Of a DNA stretch of 64,000 nucleotides, positions 56,805 through 64,000 are shown one piece after another; position 1 is the first letter of the stretch; the number at the start of each line of letters is the position of its first letter. Position numbers and translations under genes: made by a program. The notes under the pieces are model-generated. The model did not search any database, was not told where the DNA came from, and saw only the letters and a program-made list of their open reading frames with translations. Origin of the DNA: Giardia intestinalis (Eukaryota); the NCBI GenBank assembly GCA_000002435.2, contig CM018793.1; one strand, given 5' to 3'.

Positions 56805-58550
56805 ATGTCACAAAGGCACGACTACCCAGCCCTCAAGGACTACGAGATAATCGGCTTTCTTGGCCAGGGACAGTTCGGCGCGGTCCACAAAGTTAAATCA
56901 AAGACTTCTGGGCAAATTTACGCGTGCAAAATAATGAGGTATGAGAACATGTCCCGGAAGGAGAAGCAGCTGCTTCACAGCGAAATAAACCTACATAAAA
57001 AACTATCGCACAAAAATATCGTCCAGTACTATCGCACCATACTGGGCGAAGAGTCGAAGGAAATATATCTTTTAACGGAGTACTGCGGCAAAGGCGATCT
57101 TCTCAAGTTTGTCAAGGAGTATCCTCAGAAGATCATCCCCGAGGCTACCATCTGGAACATAATGGGGCAGCTTCTGCAAGCTCTCCAGTACTGTCACTCT
57201 CCCACAAAACCAGGGTTTGACTATGGGACCGTCATTATCCACCGTGATATTAAGCCTGCAAATGTGCTTATTCGTGACGATGGCTGCATAAAGCTATGTG
57301 ATTTTGGATTTTCCAAATCTTGCGGCCTTAATGAGGTTGCCGTCACCATTCTTGGATCTCCCATGTACACGGCTCCCGAGTTGTTCAAGCGGCAGCCGTA
57401 CAACGAAAAGGCAGACATCTGGTCACTGGGATGCGTTATGCACCACGTCTGCACCCGTGCTGTCCCATTTATCGCTACTACCAAGGAAGGCCTTACGAAG
57501 CAGATCTTGGAAGACCAGAGGACCCCGCTTCCGTCTCAGTACTCAAAGGAGCTCGTAAAGTTCCTCCAATCCATGATAACGCAAGACCCAGACAAGCGAC
57601 CTAGTGCTTCAGAACTTCTTCTTTGCCCAAAGTTTAAAGAAGTGGGTGTAGTAACGGCAGAAGACCATCAGGCCGAACTGAAAGAGCCCCAAAAGGATGT
57701 CCAAGAACTCGCCACCACAATAGCACAGAAGAACTCCGAGATAGAGTCTCTTCAAGCCCAAGTAACGGAGCAGGCAAGGACCATTGAGAAACTAGAACGG
57801 CAACGCAGCAATGTAGGGGACCTTCAAAAGGTACAGGAGGAGCTGAACGCCGCTCAGCACGAACTCAAGCTTCTTGACGACACCAATAAATCCCTCAGAA
57901 TGCTATCGGACTCCAGGATGCAACTCATAATTCAATTAAGGGCGGAGATTGACGCACTCAGGGAAAAGGACACTTCACATACCAACAGCCTGGTGAGCAG
58001 CGCGCACGGAATGACCGGATTGCACATTGCAGCAAGGGGAGGAGATACAGACCAGGTGAAGAAGCTTCTATCGGCTGATGCCGGCAAAAAGACCTCCAAG
58101 GGCGAGACTGCTCTCATGTTTGCTGCTGCCAACGGTTATGATGCGTGTGTGAAGCTGCTTATTGAGGATGAAGCAGGAATTCAGGATAAGTATGGGGGCA
58201 CAGCCTTGATGCGAGCTGCGATGAATGGTCATCTTGGAGCGGTGCGGCTGCTGAAGACGGTCGAAATGGGCGTCTCTGGATCCCGCGGGGAGACGGCCAT
58301 GATGTATGCTGCATACTACGGCCATCTAACCATTGTCAAGGAGCTCAGCGTCAGTGAAAGTAAGAAGCAAATGAAGGACGGAACTACGGCTCTCATGATG
58401 GCCATCGCAGGGAATTCTCAGTCCTGCGTAGACTTCCTTCTGAAAGAAGAGGGCAAATTGTGCCGCGTCTCTGGTGAAACCCCGTTGCAGCTTGCACGGG
58501 CGATGGGCAACCAGCATCTAGCGGACCTTTTGGCTGTTGACGCAGAGTAG
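56805..58550 (+). CDS. NEK-family Ser/Thr kinase with a central coiled coil and C-terminal ankyrin repeats (active).
   Basis: GQGQFGAVHKV Gly loop, YACKIM lysine, HRDIKPANVLI, DFGFSK, APE-like YTAPELF and DIWSLGCV. Coiled-coil ELKEPQKDVQELATTIAQKNSEIESLQAQVTEQ. Ankyrin repeats GETALMFAAANGYDACVKLL, GGTALMRAAMNGHLGAVRLL and GTTALMMAIAGNSQSCVDFLL. Confidence 0.9.
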   Translation: MSQRHDYPALKDYEIIGFLGQGQFGAVHKVKSKTSGQIYACKIMRYENMSRKEKQLLHSEINLHKKLSHKNIVQYYRTILGEESKEIYLLTEYCGKGDLLKFVKEYPQKIIPEATIWNIMGQLLQALQYCHSPTKPGFDYGTVIIHRDIKPANVLIRDDGCIKLCDFGFSKSCGLNEVAVTILGSPMYTAPELFKRQPYNEKADIWSLGCVMHHVCTRAVPFIATTKEGLTKQILEDQRTPLPSQYSKELVKFLQSMITQDPDKRPSASELLLCPKFKEVGVVTAEDHQAELKEPQKDVQELATTIAQKNSEIESLQAQVTEQARTIEKLERQRSNVGDLQKVQEELNAAQHELKLLDDTNKSLRMLSDSRMQLIIQLRAEIDALREKDTSHTNSLVSSAHGMTGLHIAARGGDTDQVKKLLSADAGKKTSKGETALMFAAANGYDACVKLLIEDEAGIQDKYGGTALMRAAMNGHLGAVRLLKTVEMGVSGSRGETAMMYAAYYGHLTIVKELSVSESKKQMKDGTTALMMAIAGNSQSCVDFLLKEEGKLCRVSGETPLQLARAMGNQHLADLLAVDAE

Positions 58551-58597
58551 TGCCACTTAGCTAGTATTTAATCCGTAGTAAAAATTCAAAAATTTCT

Positions 58598-59245
58598 ATG
58601 AATCGACACGTATACTACACAAAGGAAGACGTCGCGCAGCACTGCACGGCAGATGATTGCTGGATTTCGCACCATGGGCGAGTCTTTGACTACACATCTA
58701 TCATCAAATCCAACCCAGCCAATCTCGTTGAAAGCATTGTCCGCGCTGCAGGCGGAGACATAACGTCATGGTTTAATCCTGCGACAGGAGACCCCTTTAT
58801 TATGGAGGACCCCGTCACCGGGGAGAACCTCTATCGACACCCGAATGGGCTCCCACTGCTTCATTCTTGTATACCCTACCCGGCGATGGACATGCCCGTC
58901 CCGCCTGAAACTCCGTGGTGGAGGGATAGTAGATATGAGATAGGTCTACTGAGCAAGAATTCGCGGCCACTTGAAATTCTAAACACCCTCACAGAGCATC
59001 GGCACATGATTACTGTCCCCGAGGAAGAGACGCTTGCAGAGATTGCTGCGCGGTACTCTCGGTTTAATTCTATTGCACTGACTGGGTACCGGTGGAAGTA
59101 CCTTGGAGAGGATCTGCACATGGACAAGACACTGACGGAAAACGGGATCAAGGACGAGAGAGACGTCTACCTGAAGCTCAACTGGCCTCAATCTGAGTGG
59201 TATACGCCATGTATAACGCTTATCTGGAAAGATGAGCTTATTTAG
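58598..59245 (+). CDS. Cytochrome b5-like domain protein (CYB5D1-like, 215 aa). The canonical HPGG heme-ligand motif appears absent.
   Basis: N-terminal YTKEDVAQHCTADDCWISHHGRVFDYTSII fits the cyt-b5 fold pattern (H..x.DCW..I.G.VYDxT.F). The following loop is SNPAN rather than HPGG. Confidence 0.5.
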   Translation: MNRHVYYTKEDVAQHCTADDCWISHHGRVFDYTSIIKSNPANLVESIVRAAGGDITSWFNPATGDPFIMEDPVTGENLYRHPNGLPLLHSCIPYPAMDMPVPPETPWWRDSRYEIGLLSKNSRPLEILNTLTEHRHMITVPEEETLAEIAARYSRFNSIALTGYRWKYLGEDLHMDKTLTENGIKDERDVYLKLNWPQSEWYTPCITLIWKDELI

Positions 59246-59248
59246 TCG

Positions 59249-59255
59249 AGTAAAT
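59249..59255 (+). promoter_or_regulatory. Polyadenylation signal AGTAAAT (AGTRAAY), 4 nt after the stop of 58598-59245.
   Basis: Read directly: tag tcg AGTAAAT ggttg. Confidence 0.55.
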
Positions 59256-59269
59256 GGTTGTTCGGGGGC

Positions 59270-59995
59270 TTAGTACGTTCTATAGACGCATCTCAGGCAG
59301 TGCTCTGTGTTGCTGGCGCTGCGACGCTCCATGAAGGGTGCTATGCATGAAGCTGCTGTGAAGTCATCTATGAACCCCAGGTACACCTGTCGCAGCTCCT
59401 TCATACCAACAGTGAGGCCTCCTAAACCTTTTACCGGCGGAGGCTTATAGGCCCTGTTGAAAAGATCTCCAGGTCCAAGACCCAGCTCTTCAGTACAAAC
59501 TTCGTCGGCTGTGCCCAACCGACTATTGAACCACCTAATTACCTGGTCAGACAGGGTAAGTTTTTCTCCGTTCGTACGAATAACCCTACTAAACTTTGTG
59601 AAGCGCGGAATGGGGCGATGGCCCGGTGCCTGCTGCATGATTGTTGACATGTCTATCGGGCACTTCTCTGCCAGCTGCGAAAGGTAGAGGCTGCTAGAAC
59701 TGCCAGACGCCTCGTGTGGTAAGCATAATCCATTGGAGAGGCCAAAGATCTTGCCAAATGGTAGCCTCAGTGGTGTAAATGTCTTCGAAATAGTATGAGT
59801 GATGAAGGCGTATTGCTCTTTGAACCTCTTTCCGATGTGTTGCATAGGTCCCTCTAAAGCGTCAGAATGGGATAGACTTGGTGGGGTAACCTCCCTATCG
59901 GTCAAAAATTCCATCCTGAGGGCAGATGCAACCAGGGGCCACACAACAAAGCATCCAAGCGCCGACCCCAGCAGGTCAACAGGACGAGGCCTCAT
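59270..59995 (-). CDS. Hypothetical 241-aa protein with an N-terminal hydrophobic signal/anchor-like segment.
   Basis: N-terminal LLGSALGCFVVWPLVASAL. ORF occupies the gap between flanking genes. No motif recognised. Confidence 0.4.
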   Translation of the reverse strand: MRPRPVDLLGSALGCFVVWPLVASALRMEFLTDREVTPPSLSHSDALEGPMQHIGKRFKEQYAFITHTISKTFTPLRLPFGKIFGLSNGLCLPHEASGSSSSLYLSQLAEKCPIDMSTIMQQAPGHRPIPRFTKFSRVIRTNGEKLTLSDQVIRWFNSRLGTADEVCTEELGLGPGDLFNRAYKPPPVKGLGGLTVGMKELRQVYLGFIDDFTAASCIAPFMERRSASNTEHCLRCVYRTY

Positions 59996-60060
59996 TTACT
60001 AACGACATTTCACAATGGAAAGGACATAAAATATGAAAAAGATAGGTTAGAATTTGAAGT

Positions 60061-61791
60061 TTGTTACTAAAGATCCGTGCTCGAGAAATGCGCCACAACA
60101 GTTACGAACCAAGCAGGAAACGGAACCAGACTGGTGAACAACAAACCAGAGGTTATGGTATACAAATGGTGGCAATTGAGGAGGAAAATGAAGACTCTTC
60201 GAATAATCAAGCAAATAGCTCAGAGTACATATACACAGGTGAAGAGACGGTGCACGAAGAGACATACGACAGCAGCCTCCATGAAGATGAGGCTGACCAA
60301 GCACATGGAGCCCAATCTCCACAAAATGGAACAAGTAGCGAAAATCAATCTCCGACTAAGCCTCACACAAAGCAAAGAAATGCACCCAGAAATGTTCGAG
60401 ACAAAGCACCACCCTATGGAAATGACGCCAGTACAAATACCCAACACCGACGACCAAAAGAAGAGCACCCAACGAAAGAACGAAAACACAAAAAGGATCA
60501 ACAAGAAGATTGCCGGCAGCAGGGCCAGAATCATGCTAAGCAGAGTGCTAGACGAGATGGGGAGCAGACTGTATCAAGAGCAACCACTACAAGGGAAGCT
60601 TCCAAGGCTGGGGGGAAATATATTGAACCGATTGCAGCACCAAAAGACAGACCTACACAACAACAACAGCAACAGCAGCAGCAACAACGGAACAATAGCA
60701 AAAAAACTAATCATGAATATAGCATGCAGCTTTCCACCGGAAATGACTTTTTGACCGAATCAATTCAAAGGGAAAGAGACACACGGTTTCCACACCCCCA
60801 TAGGTACCCACGAGCCAGAGAGAGTAACTCAGAGTATGCAGCCATACTGGACGACTACGCTGAACTCTACAAGATACGGATAACGATTCCAGAGGAGCAG
60901 GTGGCCATGCTATCGAGGGAGTTGAAGACCATCAAAGGGCAGGTGGTTGACATTCAAAGTCGGCTGGACGACACGTTTGCCAGCGTTCTCAGATATATGG
61001 AAGAAGGCAAGCAAGACGTGAGGCAGTTAGTCTCTAGCATGCAAGGCATAAGCAGCAACATGAGTGCGTTTTATAAAGACGTGGACACGAGGCTGCGAGA
61101 CGCCAACGAGCAGATGTCAACTAAACAGCTATCACTGAAGGCTGGACCAGAACAACAGCACAACGATACTGCCATACTAGAGCTATTTGATGCCCACTTG
61201 AAGACAACCCTGAAATCATGCTTACCTGCCTATCTTCAATCTTGTCAGACCTATCCTCCCCTCGATGGAAAGGTAAATACCAATGAGGCAGGGGGCTATT
61301 GTGAGGCAGTCGACCCCATGGCTGTCAGTGTAAGACAACTTAGAGCGCCTCTGCCACTGACAGACACTAGCTCAGTGGAAGAGAAATACAAAATATTAGA
61401 ACAAAAATACAACCGAGCACTTGTAACAATAAAGGCTATGCGCCTTACTGCCGGCCTTGACTGTGTTCCCGTGAGCACGGAGGCTGACTATTTAGAGTTT
61501 CTTAGAGAGCTAGAAAGCAGAGCTGGGCCGATAAATAGAGAATTTTCCAAGGGAAGATACATGCTGAAAATTCGAGGGATAAATGACGATACAGACGCAT
61601 ACGTAGGTATCCTTGACGTGACATCCGACGACAATATTTTGTTACGGCACAGACAACTCCCAGACACATTATCTTCAGACACCAGCGAGCAACTGAAGAA
61701 GGACATGATTATGAGGATAAACGACATGTCCTACGTGGTGCACGAGATATATGAGTCACTCTTACCACCACCTAGCACAGACAATGAATAA
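60061..61791 (+). CDS. Hypothetical 576-aa protein with a basic, Q/N-rich low-complexity N-terminal half containing a polyQ tract and a structured C-terminal half. The true start may be downstream.
   Basis: polyQ QQQQQQQQQQ encoded by CAA/CAG repeats at ~60656-60693. C-terminal coiled-coil-like VAMLSRELKTIKGQVVDIQSRLDD. The overlapping +1 frame ORF 60077-60754 is judged spurious. Confidence 0.5.
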   Translation: MLLKIRAREMRHNSYEPSRKRNQTGEQQTRGYGIQMVAIEEENEDSSNNQANSSEYIYTGEETVHEETYDSSLHEDEADQAHGAQSPQNGTSSENQSPTKPHTKQRNAPRNVRDKAPPYGNDASTNTQHRRPKEEHPTKERKHKKDQQEDCRQQGQNHAKQSARRDGEQTVSRATTTREASKAGGKYIEPIAAPKDRPTQQQQQQQQQQRNNSKKTNHEYSMQLSTGNDFLTESIQRERDTRFPHPHRYPRARESNSEYAAILDDYAELYKIRITIPEEQVAMLSRELKTIKGQVVDIQSRLDDTFASVLRYMEEGKQDVRQLVSSMQGISSNMSAFYKDVDTRLRDANEQMSTKQLSLKAGPEQQHNDTAILELFDAHLKTTLKSCLPAYLQSCQTYPPLDGKVNTNEAGGYCEAVDPMAVSVRQLRAPLPLTDTSSVEEKYKILEQKYNRALVTIKAMRLTAGLDCVPVSTEADYLEFLRELESRAGPINREFSKGRYMLKIRGINDDTDAYVGILDVTSDDNILLRHRQLPDTLSSDTSEQLKKDMIMRINDMSYVVHEIYESLLPPPSTDNE

Positions 61792-61797
61792 GGCCGA

Positions 61798-63129
61798 CTA
61801 CAGACTCCATAAGTCCCCAATGGAATCAATGCCTGGAACAGATTGAAAGGCCACACCAAGCACATCATCCAGAGTCATTGTTAATTTTCCGGAACCACCG
61901 TCCTTTCCATCTACATGCCCTGGTGCACATGAGCTACTGACAATGTATCGTGCGGCAAAATTTGTGCGACTTGCAACAGCCTGGATAATCTTTAGCACCT
62001 TGCTCCCGTCCTTGGAGTTAGTCTGCGGCCCGGTTTTGACAACCTCGACTCCTGCTTGGACTCCAAAGCCACCAGGACTTTGCTCAGAGGATACCAAAGC
62101 ACTAGCCTCATCCACAGAGCCCTGTGCTTTTATCTCTACTCCATAATCTGGCTGTGCTTGCGCCTTTTGTATACTTATAAGAACGCTCTGTGCAAGGCTT
62201 TGAATAGGAACACTGGGAGTTGCCTTCTGCACATCAAATGCAAAGGTAGCTATGGAGTAAGAGCTGAGTCCTTTTCCTCTGTGTTCCTTTGCCCTAAGTG
62301 TCTTCCTGTCGAGTTCATTGCATGGAGACAGAAACTCTTTCATATTATCGTTTGCAGGAATAGAAAAGACTAGAAGCTTATCATCAGAGCCTTTTATTTC
62401 TTTGAGCGATAGACTTAAGACATCTACATAAGGAATGCTGACATTATAAGACTCGTTAGCAGGAGAAAACCAGATAATTCTATGCGACGTGCGTACAAAG
62501 ACGCCAAGCACATTACTCACTCCTATCGCAGACACTAGTCCTATGTTGCTTATGCTGCTAAGGATTACTTCTCGAGAAAGCAATATAGGTTGTCCATCTC
62601 GAACAATAGAGGAGCGCACACGAACGCGTCTATACATGCGTGTAGTGTCATGCGCTCTATACACTGCTTGTAATATGTTAAAGAAGTTTGAATTTTGTTG
62701 AGTGAATTCTCTAGAGCTCGGTTTCAGCTCAAATTTATAACCCAGCTGATTGAATGTGGCGTGAAGTACCACGGACCTGTTGCCTGTGATGAAGAGTCCA
62801 TTGTCAGGTGGAACGCTCTCTTCCAGACCTGCCACTTTTTGTTGCCTGTCTCTGTGTAGATTGCCAACAGAGATTTTTGTAATTGTGCTGAGGCCGACAC
62901 TAATACTGTGACCGTTGGGGTCTCCACGAGAGTTCCACGCCAGCCGAAGATTGGTGAGTGTGACCGTTCCAAACCTGAGAGAGTCTAGGACCGTTGGGTC
63001 TGCCCTGACATCCTCAACGCCGTCAAAGCGCACGATTGCGTATTCTCCAGGGACTAGCACTAAGGCATCTGCTGGTGCATCAATGAGCAGCAGTTTGTCC
63101 GGCCTATTGTGAGAGAAGATCTCCTTCAT
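61798..63129 (-). CDS. BBS5: Bardet-Biedl syndrome protein 5 (BBSome subunit BBS5), with tandem PH-like DM16 domains.
   Basis: [27 protein letters not shown] matches human [62 protein letters not shown] matches [71 protein letters not shown] matches [36 protein letters not shown]. Confidence 0.85.
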   Translation of the reverse strand: [443 protein letters not shown]

Positions 63130-63153
63130 TTTTTTGATGTATTTGCAAATAAG

Positions 63154-64000
63154 TCATTTGGTCCACGAACGTGTGAGCTCCACGAACCATTGCTTGGTGT
63201 CTGTGCACATGGGCAGGAAGTCTGCAAGCTGTTTGTGCGTCGTCGCCTTGCGGTTCTCCAAAGTAAGAAGAAGGAAGGACAACACCCCAACAATCTTTTC
63301 TTCTACACAATTAGAGATTGTCTCATAGAGTCTAGAGGGAATAGCGTTTGTAACGACGTGTCTAATGTCGTGTATGAGCTCTTTTATAGACGAGAGGATG
63401 CTTATCAAGGGCTCTTTGGTCCTGGGTGCAGCCACCACGCAGCACCCAACTGCATTGCAAATGGCTGGGGTTAAAATCTCGGCAAAGATGCTTGGAAATG
63501 TGGTGGTTTTAAAGGTATCCAGGAAAAGCTCGAATTGGCCGATAATAAGACTTTGTACGCGGCGAAAGTCCTGCTTACCATTGGGGTGAGAATCGAGCAA
63601 GGGATAAACACCGCCCGAACACAACTCTCCTGCCATAGCTCCTGCTAATGTCCGCATAGCCGTATCCGCAGCTGTATTCCATGTCTCCTGAAGGCTCTCT
63701 AACAGTAATTTCTGTCTGGTACACACATTTTCACACTCGGAAGAGGCTGACTGTTGGCCTGAATGTTCTACCTCCTGGATATCAATGGCCCCTTCAGAAA
63801 CAATCGCCAAATGAGACAGTAACATCCCAGGGATATTGCTTTCAAAAGTGCTAATAGACCACAGCACACCGTATACAGTTGCTATGACACGGGGAACAAG
63901 GGGAACAACGAGCAGCTCGCTCGGGTCATATACTGTCATTTGCTTGCATGGAGACCTGTTTAGAAGAGAGTGCTGAAGTGGAAACCCACTAATTTGCGCG
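63154..64000 (-). CDS. Hypothetical protein. The ORF track puts its first ATG at 63939, but the reading frame stays open to the window edge, so the gene is probably 5'-truncated here.
   Basis: Manual translation upstream of 63939 on the minus strand (..AQISGFPLQHSLLNRSPCKQ MTVYDPSELLVV..) shows no stop before position 64000. Confidence 0.45.
   Translation of the reverse strand, partial: AQISGFPLQHSLLNRSPCKQMTVYDPSELLVVPLVPRVIATVYGVLWSISTFESNIPGMLLSHLAIVSEGAIDIQEVEHSGQQSASSECENVCTRQKLLLESLQETWNTAADTAMRTLAGAMAGELCSGGVYPLLDSHPNGKQDFRRVQSLIIGQFELFLDTFKTTTFPSIFAEILTPAICNAVGCCVVAAPRTKEPLISILSSIKELIHDIRHVVTNAIPSRLYETISNCVEEKIVGVLSFLLLTLENRKATTHKQLADFLPMCTDTKQWFVELTRSWTK

Noticed and set aside
60077-60754. 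225-aa ORF in an alternative plus frame overlapping the N-terminal half of 60061-61791.
   Set aside because: It overlaps same-strand with a longer ORF that has a structured C-terminus. Its basic K/R/N/Q composition arises from the A-rich CAA/AAG repeat region read out of frame.
1-64000. Interpreting the window as a prokaryotic or viral accessory region harbouring a novel defense system.
   Set aside because: The gene content is unmistakably eukaryotic (adaptin, BBS5, MCM, RPB5, NOG2, NEK kinases, ankyrin 21.1 proteins). The genes are monocistronic on both strands with AGTRAAY polyA signals. There are no operon-like co-oriented enzyme clusters, no integrases or transposases, and no CRISPR arrays.

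Overview
This window reads as nuclear DNA from a eukaryote with a compact genome, most likely the diplomonad Giardia intestinalis or a close relative. I found no prokaryotic locus and no defense-island-type system; the interesting material is at gene level.

The basis for the organism call is as follows. About 34 protein-coding genes of 0.4 to 5.5 kb sit on both strands with no visible introns. Intergenic spacers are mostly under 100 nt, and several stop or start codons overlap. Short AT-rich tracts lie directly 5' of ATGs. AGTRAAY-type polyadenylation signals appear a few nucleotides after some stop codons. Five or six genes have the Giardia 'protein 21.1' architecture: N-terminal ankyrin repeats with a TALM[LV]AA motif followed by a long coiled coil. 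There are also four NEK-family kinase or pseudokinase genes.

Confidently recognisable housekeeping genes are enolase, an MCM2-7 helicase subunit, the circularly permuted nucleolar GTPase NOG2/GNL2, beta-adaptin, RNA polymerase subunit RPB5, glucosamine-6-phosphate N-acetyltransferase (GNA1, on the cyst-wall GalNAc pathway), a transmembrane-anchored PP2C phosphatase, a Kelch propeller protein and the BBSome subunit BBS5.

The calls most worth a second look:
- 49008-51095: a bacterial-type CBS-domain family II (DHH/DHHA2) inorganic pyrophosphatase, a possible lateral-transfer candidate.
- 27903-30206: a RUN plus Rubicon-homology cysteine-rich domain protein.
- 7156-8778: a secreted protein combining an unassigned N-terminal domain with furin/TNFR-like CxxC repeats.
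- 11535-17003: a 1822-aa orphan with a C-terminal TPR-like region.
- 17122-18297 and 55326-56732: two degenerate NEK pseudokinases.
- 33380-35952: a pair of adjacent beta-propeller ORFs that may be one frameshifted gene.
- 20664-22430: a basic protein with five internal K(R/K)Y(K/R/H)I repeats.

The many short ORFs antisense to the large genes look like low-complexity shadow frames and I do not call them. All functional assignments rest on motif recognition by eye; no searches were run.
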